The notes under the pieces: model-generated | What the model saw: the letters and a program-made list of their open reading frames with translations, nothing else | What the model was told of the DNA's origin: nothing | Database searches by the model: none | Assembly (NCBI GenBank): GCA_003344405.1 | Contig: NOWV01000144.1 | Coordinates: 1 to 64,000, forward strand | Direction: 5' to 3' | Source of the DNA: Trichoplax sp. H2 | Lineage: Eukaryota | DNA: 64,000 nucleotides | Shown: piece by piece, positions 37,701 through 58,158 of the stretch | Numbering within the stretch: position 1 is the stretch's first letter | How the letters are laid out: each line of letters starts with the position of its first letter | Position numbers and translations under genes: made by a program

Positions 37701-40700
37701 ATAATAACTTTGTCGTATTTCATAATATATTATACCTTTCGATATTACAGTAATGGTAAAAAAGTTATAAATGTCCTAAGAGCATCGTGAGCACGAAAGG
37801 CCCAATTGTACGACCAAATATTAATGATATCTGCTCTGATTAAGTCTATAACTTTAGATCGGTCATACTAGCTCATCTAGCTTGCTCCGATACTTTAAGA
37901 TACGATTACAGTATACGCGTAATATTGCATGGTAATACGCCAATATGAGCAATTTATTAAGAAGCTTTCAGATAGGCAGTAAACAATTTTATCTGACCTA
38001 GAATATTTAAATAGTAGATTAATCCTAAAAGCTCAAGAAATTTCACCGTAAAATCACAACGAATCTAAATCAAATACTGCATGAATCTCGTAATTGAATC
38101 TCGTTAATAGTTTATATATCGGAATTTGACATACTTAAATGCCAACATTCTCGTAAATTAGACAATAAAGAAGCGGTATAAAGAGTTAATTACCCATAAT
38201 ATCTGTAGTTCGGGTCTACTCATATACACTGGTGCTATACTTGTGTTCCAAAACAAAACATAAATTTTTCATACTTTGACAATTTAATTTTATTTTTCTT
38301 TATCAAATATATAACTGAAAAAAAAGAAATATTACAGAAATTACTTTTATACTATGGCTATGGAAAAGCAACAGAACGTAACATCGTACATCAATATGAA
38401 AAATTTGATTAGCAATTTTCGTAAATATAGCGTCCAATAATTCTTTAGCATGTTTCTCGGGTATTAATTAAGGCAGATCTTTTTTATAGTTCTTCTATAC
38501 TGACAGCTGTATAATATTCAGTAGGTTTCTTTAGATATGTTTTTGCATCTTGATAGATTTTTTCTAGTAGGCCTAAGTATGGCAAATTGGCATTAGGCAA
38601 TAACGTACGGCCAAGTGCAGGAAAACTTTACTGATAATTATTTTGTTACGAAAAGAAGCAAGGAAGAGAAAACTATATAAACCTACAGCAATAAGATAGC
38701 CCTACTTTAAGTTAGCTTCGGCCGCTATATATATTCTTTATAATTTCTTAGATTGACCTAATACTAACTGTCTAGTGACGAAGATTCTTATTTATACTAA
38801 CAATGTGAAATGATGTCATTGCATCAGGTTAGTGAACAAAATGAACGACATCCCTAAAGCGGAGGCAAATTTACTCATACTGAAACATTGTATATTTTTT
38901 ATCATATGTAAAGGGCATTTAAGCTATGAAATGTGGTTTATTAATTTAATGAAATATGTACGCGTAAACAAGCCAAAATAATTAAGCTAGCATGAGATGA
39001 TCTCGTGGCAGATAATTTAAGACAAAGCTACTGATATTTGCTGATAACCAATTTTTCTTTAATACAATAATTATTTATCTAATCGTACGATAAATATTAT
39101 GCACTGCTATTTAATCAAATATATGATATCGCTCTTTATGAAGCTGCATATATTTTCTAAAGTAATTGAAGAGTATTTTTCTGAACCTTATTACCTAATC
39201 ATATAGTTGTGATTAGCAGGAATTTATGATAACCATATGAATATTTCATTAATGCTCAAAGTAAAACTTGGATTTATTCAATAATTTAGCTTCTGGTAGC
39301 AGTTATGATTAACCCAAGAATTTCTAAAATTTTAGGAGCTCAATTCTTAACTGCCACGGCAAGTCTGAAAGCTAATTCAACTAGTTTATAAAATGTTAAT
39401 TCGGATATCAATGAGTTCAAAGTTCATAACTTTTCGATCATCTAACTCAAGACTTAACCTATACTGACATAGCTTTACGTACTGATTATCCAATAGTTAG
39501 TAAGTTTGGTGATATGGGAATTAAATAAGGTCAATATGTATAAAGTTGTTGTAAACCGAAATTTGTATTAGGGAAAATATAGAACTAATATAGAAAACGA
39601 TATTATGAGTCTTTTCTCATGGTTGTCCTCCTTGATATTTACCTACAGTCTGATTCTAAGTACTGACGATCGCCTATCGTCAGGAGGAACAGTAAACACC
39701 ACTAGTCTCTCTTAGATATATAACTGGACCCAAACTTTATTAAAAAGCCAGTTAATTTATAGAAAATCTACATAAACATTAATTATCAGTTTATAGATAA
39801 TACTATACAAGTATGCAATTATCTATTAAGAGCATGTAAAATATTATGGATCAATTGGTGTAAATACTGTCCTAGATAAGCTATCTTATGGAATCTGTGT
39901 TAAGACAGCTACGCAAAAGTTACTCCGTAACAAAAGTATAGTAGCATATAGAGCTAATTTTAAATATGAATGCGTCGATAAATTAAAATGTAACTAATAT
40001 TCATAGGGAATTAAGAATTTGACCTTAATTCAAGATTTGAGAATACTATATGCGAGTGTTTAATGCCAAAGAAATTTATTTTTAAGCCAGCAATTAACCG
40101 TAGATCTTAGATCATGAGCTGTATTGGTTTTTCAGTATTTTTGCATTACTTTTTGGTACAATGTATGGATTTAATAGGCTATATTCATTTCATTCTGCTA
40201 TTTCGCAAGGATCTTTCGCAAGACAAAAGTTTTACAAAACGCACTTAGCTTAGTGCTCATATTAAACTACTCGTTATAGAAACTACAATTAAAAAAATAA
40301 ATCTTAGCATCTTGCTTTTCAATGGAAGAGTAGTTAGCTTTCTTATACTACCTACGAATAAAGTGCTTATTAACAAAATTCAAAATGATTTTGGCGTGTA
40401 TTAACGTTGATAATGATGTTGATTTGACACATGGAAATGCTGTTTCTGTCTGCAAATTTTTTGTTTAATGAAACTAGGTCTATAATATTTTGCAATTATT
40501 TCATTTGAAATTCAGAATTCTTCATGACGGCAGAATTTTACGACAGATGAGCGCTGACTAGTTATTGATTTTCTACTAGTTTACGAGCTTTGCGCTCGTG
40601 TATTTGCACTGAAGCAAAGTTCTGTCCAACATTGAGAAATTATATTAAAGTCAATCTCAGATGAATTGTCTTGAATAGTAGCCAACTAAAAGTATAATAT

Positions 40701-40977
40701 TTAACAGCTAAAAGAACATTTGCTAGGAAAATTGTAAAATTCATTGACATCTTGGTCATTGATAAGAGAGCTGAAAGGTCACATCGTGATGTGTGTGCTC
40801 TAACGCAGTTTAAAGTATAGTATAACATAAATTGATATTGGTTTCAATCTGAGAATAAACACAGCTAATGTGTTTTTATGTCAGTGTCTTCACTTCCACG
40901 CCTGTACGAGTAAAATGCTCTATCGACTGTAGTCGCGCTTTTTGATCGGCTAGTCCTCCAAGAGAAGCGTTATGCGA

Positions 40978-40996
40978 AGAGAGAGAGAGAGAGAGA
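40978..40996. repeat. (AG)n microsatellite
   Basis: agagagagagagagagaga, about 700 bp upstream of the SMS ATG. Confidence 0.9.
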
Positions 40997-41339
40997 AGGT
41001 TTTCTAGCTACAAAATAAGTAATAAATTCCTGACTAAAACTAAAGCCTAAACCTTCCCCGATATGCCCTCGAATTCATCACCCTGGAGCACTAGAAGTCA
41101 AGTTAGATAATGGACGAAATGAATTGGTATTTCTCAGCATTGACGGTAACCTATCGATTGCGGTTAATCACGCAGTTGCTGATTATTCATAATGTAGAAT
41201 AAGAGTGTCATTTCCGGTTTCAATTCAAGGCACCCTGTTGTAGAATTCAATATCTTCATAGAACTCCAACCTTCAACTTTGTTTGTGGGCCTAGACTTGT
41301 CCGTAAAAGAAAATCAATTTCAAGCCATCGTTAGAGCAA

Positions 41340-41709
41340 AGAGTGGCCATGGTCCTGCGTCAGGCTGTCCAATGTCCATCCGGTCGCAGTGTAAGTCTTC
41401 CGATGGACTGCAGTACAGACGGTTGCCTTGTTTCACCCAGACTCTAGAGCGTGGCGAAAGAAGGTCTTGAAGGTCTGGCCCAGGTCCGGACCGGACCGGA
41501 CCATCAAGACCTCTAGTTCCACCGTGTACAGTACTATACACTGTACACTGTACAGTACTGTACCGCACAGTGCAATGTATGCTCATCCACAGTACAATGT
41601 ATTGCAAATAGCTACAGTGGAAAAATCAAGACTGTAGACTGGACCAGCCTAGCAAAACCATCAAGTGGTAGAACCGCACTAGGCAACTTTCCATCTGTCA
41701 GACAGCAGC
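41340..41709 (+). promoter_or_regulatory. Probable promoter/5' UTR island of the spermine synthase gene
   Basis: Locally GC/CpG-enriched stretch directly upstream of the ATG at 41710; contains GGTCCGGACCGGACCGGACC (41483-41502) and a TA-CWG-TA chain (41527-41562). Confidence 0.6.
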
Positions 41710-44700
41710 ATGGCCGACGACAAAGTCTTGCATTATATGTTTGATTTTCGATCCATTCAAACTTCATTAACACCCGAAGCATTCATTGCTGATGCTAGTC
41801 AGTTTATGAAGCAGAAAGATTTCAATTTAGTATGTTCATCGCCATTACCCCATGGTCAACTCTTGGTGTGGACTGGTCCTGATCGTAGGTGAGCTAAACT
41901 AGGAATAAGACATTGAGTCGATGATAATTTGTTTTATCACAACGATCATAGCTAAAACAACGTTATGGCAGTTGAAGAAATGGCTTGGACATAAACTACC
42001 GCCGGTGCGCTCGTCTAATTCTATGATTGCCCTTCCAAATTGATCCCTATACTGTATTGTAGTTATAAATCTGCTGACGGACGTATACATGTTATGGTTA
42101 AAACTGCAACATATATACTAAACGCCAACAGCTATTCAAATGAGCGCCAGACAAAATGACAAGAACAATATGACAATAAAATAAGTCAACAGGAATAGTA
42201 GTCCAATCGCTTAATAGGAAAGTGATGTCAATATTGTAGGGATACGAGTAAAAGCAGCAATGTCCACTGGATAAACTAGTTGATTCACTCCTGTGTACAA
42301 CACATTGCACACCAATGAGCTGATTGGCCATGGCAACAAGTGGTCATTCCATTCAGGATGGAAATAGCCTCAACATGGGCTCGAATGGCGTTTATTTCGT
42401 CCCCATCACCTTGTATTCTCGTGTATATGCAATATTGTATAGTACGGTAGTTCGCGATTTGGGAGTCGTCAACACTTGTACATGAAAAGCACGTTAGACC
42501 TACTGCTGATGCAATATGTTCAAAGTAGTTTATTGTGTTGAATGGATGCAATGAATATCATTATTCACAACTTGACACCTTCACGTGCAAGCTAGACTCA
42601 ACTGATGCAATCTATCAAAACCATGAACTGGCCTGGCCATACTACTGGATAATATATCACTCTAGTCAAAACTTTTCTCAATCGTTATCGATTATAATTA
42701 TTCAAATAGCGTATTTTGGATATCATCGACCAAATAATAATAATTCAAATTAGAAGTACAGTAGTATAGCTACAAAGTAGTGCATGGGATGATAACAACT
42801 ACGTACTGGCTAGATACAGTACAGTAAACCAACTATTCTACTACTTCTTCTTTATATTTGGAGATCAATATAACAGTCAAGACACGTCTAGGAGAAAAGA
42901 TGATGATTATTGCTAACAATCGACGGAAATATCATTGTACGATACTCCAACCGACACACTGAAGGATTCGTATTACCGTAAAAACATCGTCATGACGAGA
43001 CGATAAAATTACTTGCGGTCATAGAAGCTAATCTTAGCTTCATGACCTCTTCCTACTGTCGACAATAATGATAGTCGATGCAAAATACTAACACGTTTTA
43101 TAAAATAGTCGTTACATGAGCATGTGTACGTGCATGTTTTTAGCTATCCTCGCCTACGTCCTATTACTAAGATATGCTCGCTTAAGATTGACTGCTAATA
43201 CGTCAAAAATGCAATCGAATTTTATCGATCTTATTATTGTGTACAAACTTACAATTTGCTCTGTCTAAACAAACATTGCATCACCAAATCCGTCTTCTTA
43301 CTTTATACTTACTCTTATTCCTTGATAGCCATGCGGTCATTCGACTCTACCAGGATATCAACCGAATTACTGTGGATATAACAAAACCGCTACCTGACGG
43401 GAAAACAATCATTTTTAGCGAAGACGTAAGATTGTAATGATATTACAATGGAAGAGCTACTCTTTTTTTAAACCCATTTCTGATGCTAAAATAATTTGTA
43501 ATAAAAGCAGTGATAAATAGTAATAAAATTAAACGGGAAGAATGTTACTGTGAGTAAATCGTTACAGTAATATCGAAAATAGATGTATCCATTAGTGAAC
43601 TTATCAAATAGTTCGCATTTACAGTACCTGTATGCGGTATGATGCATCTTAGTTGTGGTAGTGTTATAGCTATATAGAAGCTCTCTAATAGGTGTACAAT
43701 AGTCAGTCATTTGCTTACATAGTACGAAGAATATACTCTTCAATTGATATCCTAAAATGATAGAATTTGTAATACATTTGACCAGTGTTAATACAAGCGA
43801 TCCATATGATATAGTCCATCTCGAAAGGACTAGAAGAATTCCAGTGGCTAGTAACAAATCAGCTTACAGTAGAGATTTATATACCTCAGATTACACGTGT
43901 CCTATCTCCATTGATATACAGTAGTACGATAAACAAAACTACATATGCGTAAACAATACTTGTCCTAGAACTAATTAGTGATTACATTGCGCTATACATG
44001 GTTAAAATTATTATGAATTACGTAATTGTGGAGCGATTGTCCAATGTAACTATATTATATCTATGTTATTACCATGCTAGGATGAACGTGAAATCAAATC
44101 TTTGTTTCAAGGAAACAGTAAAAGGTAGATTACTTACGCATAAGTTCTTGTTGACTCAACAATAGGATTAGGGTTAATATTATTTATTTTTATTGATTAA
44201 AATAGCTACCCTGCAATTCAACGATGCCGAGATTTGGATATTTATGTTCCTACTTGTGATAATAGACTCGTCGAATATGACTTTGACAAGTTCGTTTATT
44301 CTTATAAATTGTAGTTAGTTGCGTATAAAAACAGAAAAAATGCATCAGTCACCATACGAACTAGTTTTGAAGTAATTACGCGTATTTATACGGCATTACG
44401 GTATAGGATTAAATTTTGTAATTACCTAGGGAGTTTATAGACCTCGTGTGTAATACTAATTCTGCTATAATTATGTTTCACTACCACGTTATTATATACT
44501 TTGTATCTTCATACAATTATAGAGTAGTGGTAAATGTAGATACCCAATTCCAAAATGTTAAAATTTGTCATTCACCACAATATGGAAATATGCTTCTACT
44601 GGACGACGACCCAAGTAGGTTCACTGTAGCTATATACTCATATCGAAATTGAAGTTCAATGTCAAATTCATCCTGTAGCTCCAAATTGATAATGGCTCTT

Positions 44701-46091
44701 AAAGTTCATGTTTTTCAATTGTGCTGTATATACTATATTTTCAGATTTAGCAGAGAGCGACATTGCCTATACTAAGGCTATAACTGGAAATGATACCCAA
44801 GATTATACTGATAAAACTGTCCTCATTCTTGGTAAAACAGACTTGTTCAACTAATTAATTAATTACAGATTAATTGCCATTGCCAAGATATTTTTCTTGC
44901 TGTTAATATGTATACTTATTACTGTACTTAGGTGGAGGCGATGGAGGTATTCTCAATGAGTTGCTGAAACAATCGCCAAAATATGTGACGATGGTGGAAA
45001 TATCTTTCATTATTTTTTTTTACTTTTAAAGAGTATTTAAAATACAGCTTATCGTAAGAAATAACGTTAGCTCGCGTACGTCGCAGTTAAATAGAACACA
45101 AATGCCTCGGAAACTACGCCCCTTAACGTTTCTTAAATTGATCAGGTAGTTATTGATGCTGCTATTAAACATTTACGTGGTATATGTGAAAATGCTATGG
45201 ATTCACTGGAAGGGCCAAATTACAAGGTAGGTATCACAATAGAATAAAAATTAGATATTCACACCTATCAATCAGTATTATGAAACTTTACAGATTAGGT
45301 TAAACATGAAAATGTGCGCATTAGCCACTTTCGTAGCTTTTTCCTTAAGGATGGCGACTTTCTTGATAGGTTATTGTTGAAGATTGTGTTCCGATACTGA
45401 AAAAGTATGCAAGTGAAGGAAAGGTGTTTGATTATGTCATCAATGATCTGACTGCTATCCCTGTTTCAACTACTCCTCAAGGTTTTATTTTTCAATTTCT
45501 AAATATCGCTGTTGTCTCCATGTTGAGCAGGTAGCTGTACTAACCTAGATATGTATATCATGAGTTAGGATCTCAATGGGATTTTCTACGTCTAATACTA
45601 CAATTATCAATGGATGTCCTCTCGGAAACTGGACGCTATTTTACTCAGGTACCGTATATCGATGTATACATCGTCGTATCAGTACGACTTCAACCAGGTT
45701 TTATTGTTAACTCGTATTTAATTTTTAGGGAAATGGTGCAAATAATGTCCATGCTCTTAAACTTTACGAAGAACAGCTGCAAAAATTAAGTAGAAAAGTC
45801 GATTTCAGAAAAGAAACCGTTTGCGTTCCTTCTTACCTTGAATTGTATCCAAAAATAAATAAAAAGCGTTATCATTTTTTTATTGCTGCAGTAGATATCT
45901 AGTAATTTAAGGTTGATGCTTTAATAAGTATCATATAAGTGATCAATAGTATTATAGGAATTCAGTTCATACACAATGGTTATCGTTCATAATTCTGCAG
46001 TCATTAGAAGGATAGCATTTTTTACTTTCTGTTTTTCCTCAACTTCATATTTCTTACTAGTTGGATCTTTTATGAAATTTGGAAGGTTTAA
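41710..46091 (+). CDS. SMS: Spermine synthase (aminopropyltransferase), ~359 aa, 12 exons
   Basis: Exons 41710-41888, 43329-43425, 44081-44124, 44206-44289, 44523-44614, 44745-44831, 44932-44999, 45137-45226, 45370-45481, 45569-45648, 45729-45844, 46061-46091. Motifs: [122 protein letters not shown]. Confidence 0.96.
45000..45136 (+). other. U12-type (minor spliceosome) intron with AT-AA termini in SMS
   Basis: The coding frame requires ...ATG GTG GAA | ATT GAT CAG.... The intron starts ATATCTTT, has branch site CCCCTTAAC at 45119-45127 and ends ...TTCTTAA at 45136. Confidence 0.85.
45845..46060 (+). other. Probable U12-type GT-AG last intron of SMS
   Basis: 5' end GTATCCAA (U12 consensus GTATCCTT); branch-like TTTCCTCAAC at 46034-46043; ends in AG at 46060. 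Confidence 0.65.
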
Positions 46092-47434
46092 ACAGAAATA
46101 ACATTGCGATTGGAGAGGTGATGGATCATTCTAAACTGGCTCATTTTATTCTCGTAATCATTATAATTATCAATTGTAGAAACTGGCTTATTATATCTTC
46201 GTAACTGTAATAATACACCAGAAAGTTATATTTCTTTCTGTACTGAAATTCATGACACTTTCCTGCGTATTATGTATTCACCATTGCCCTTAGTATTGAA
46301 TAGCACAGTCAACGATCCAATTTTTTCAGTGTTTTATACTCATATTACAGTTAAGCGCAAATTCGATAACAACCAAGTATTAAACTTACAGGTATTTTTT
46401 ATTTTTCGCATTTTTGGTCGTTACTTTTAATTAACATACACCCATGTTTATATATTCGTTTACCTGTACGTGCATAGACTTAGCTATGCAAAAACCAAGG
46501 TTTTTTAAAACATAATTGCTTCCTTTTCATATGTTAAAAAACTAACAATCTCTATCACCTGTAGATGCACAATTGCTTCTCAATTGAAAGCAATTATTAA
46601 CACTTATGACCGGAATAGCGATGACAATCCTTTTTGTAATAAAGTCTTTAGCAAACACCGATCACCGAATTGGCCGTAACTATTATGCAAGATCTCAAGT
46701 CTTGCATAGTTAATTAATTATGCGCTTTTTCCAAAACTAAATACTGTGATTGACGCTTAGCAATATAACGTTAATCATAAATGCTACCTAGGTCGCAAAT
46801 GTAAAGATTAAAAAATAATTCAGCAGTTCACAATAATGTCAAGAGCGTCCCATCAGTGGACTCTATATAGCATTTAGATATCCATTAACTATGTACTTAT
46901 TATTTATCAACAGATAGTAAGGACAAATTTGTTCACTATCAGAAAATTACTTGCAAAGTGCGATCTCGTACTACAATTGCAATCTACAACAGAAATTATA
47001 ATTTCATAATGTGTTATTATCTAACTTAATCAATGCAGTATGCCAAACGAGCAAAAGCATTTACAAGGAGTCCGAATATTAGCAGATAAATAACGACATC
47101 AAAAAATTTTACTATTGCTGAACGCATGTCTTAAACAGTAATTATAGCAGATCAAAACTGTAAAAAAAAGTTCGATATTAAATTATATCGGCAAGCATGA
47201 CCACTTGTGTGTTATGTTAGTTCTGTTATAATTTGCGTTAATAAAAAAGTCATTTAAAACTACGTTACGCTTGTTTTGCTATTACAAATAAAATTAATTT
47301 TAAAATAACACTTCAATTTCCTATTCAAAATTCCATCATCATCCATTGTCTGAGAATTTATATCTCGAAAACATATATAACAATTACACTCAACGAAATA
47401 AATAAAACCTCCGTAGATATTTTGATATAACATG

Positions 47435-56916
<9,482 letters not shown>

Positions 56917-57500
56917 ACTATCAATTCAATTCGTCTTGAAAAATGGACTGAAAAAATGGCAAAAGGAAAGCGCCAATGGAACTGATTTTTTTTTCCTCTC
57001 TTTGGACTTGTCTTTTAGCCAACAGTGGTTGGCTCGTTCGCTGGATGCTTCAACCGTGGGCTGAATGACGTGAGGGGGATGGGATGACCTGTACCGACCG
57101 ACGTGCTCGAGTGCAACCAATCAGTCTGAGTGTGTGACGGACTGAAGCGAACTGATTGACAACAAGGCTACAGTACGGTTTCACATGCACCGGAGTGAAA
57201 GATGGACAGTATGTACTGTACACTGTACGGACTTGCAGTACAGAACACTACTGATTGGTAGAAATCCATGGGTAGGACAATAAGGACATGTACCAGACTA
57301 CCAGACTCTGGACATACAGTACTGGACAGTGTACAGTTGGAGGTATTGTGGTCTGGACTGGTCCGGACCTTGGTCTACTGTACAGTACATACTGTACACT
57401 GTAGACTCTACAGTGCAACGTTTCAAGTACTGTAGTCCTTCAAGCCAATCTCGATACGACTAAACTGGTACGCTATGTCATCCAACTCCAATACTGTACA
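56917..57500 (-). promoter_or_regulatory. Probable promoter/5' UTR island of the RSK gene
   Basis: GC/CpG-enriched region upstream of the ATG at 56916; contains GGTCCGGACC (57360-57369) and TA-CWG-TA chains (57214-57227, 57376-57403). Confidence 0.6.
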
Positions 57501-58158
57501 ACACTGTCAAGCCAGTACTTCGCAAAGATTAATCCATAAACTCTTTCTATCCCTTTGATCGAGGATCTGGAAAGGGGAAGGGATCACGATTTCTACAGTT
57601 GAAAACTTGAAATGCATGATTTCAAGCTGGGACCTCTTGAATAAATGCACTTTTCACAGGTTACTGATTCGACTAGACACAGGAATGAAATTATTAATGA
57701 CTACTGCAAGTACAGGGTCCTGGACATTGTACAACAGTGCATGTTCGAGAACTTACTGCAGCATTGACTGTACAACACTGCTGCACATACTGTACAAATA
57801 CCCTACACATCACAGTGGCATATCACTAATTCAGTAAACCATAACTGAACAGCAAACATGTATTGCCAAGCAACATATCCTACAAACAAATAATAAATAA
57901 ATACAATAATACATCGATAGTCGCATATTTTTATTAGTAGACAATGGTAAGAATACATAATCTTGTTATATTCTTAATCCTCATGGTATGGATTGAATTA
58001 AAATCGTTCAATTTAGCTCACATTTGTACATAAGGACATACGTACACATAATAGCAATCTCAATAAACCTTTTAGGAGTCATTATCACATAAACTTCGAG
58101 TATTAATAAAACAGGATAACTTATCGACTGCTAATTCAAATATAAATTAACAAAGTCA

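Noticed and set aside
41279-41637. ORFs rich in Y/S/T/V (41320-41607, 41428-41637; likewise 17282-17586 and 20401-20764)
   Set aside because: The YSTV/TVLY peptides are translations of the TACAGTACTGTA motif chains in promoter-like DNA, not proteins
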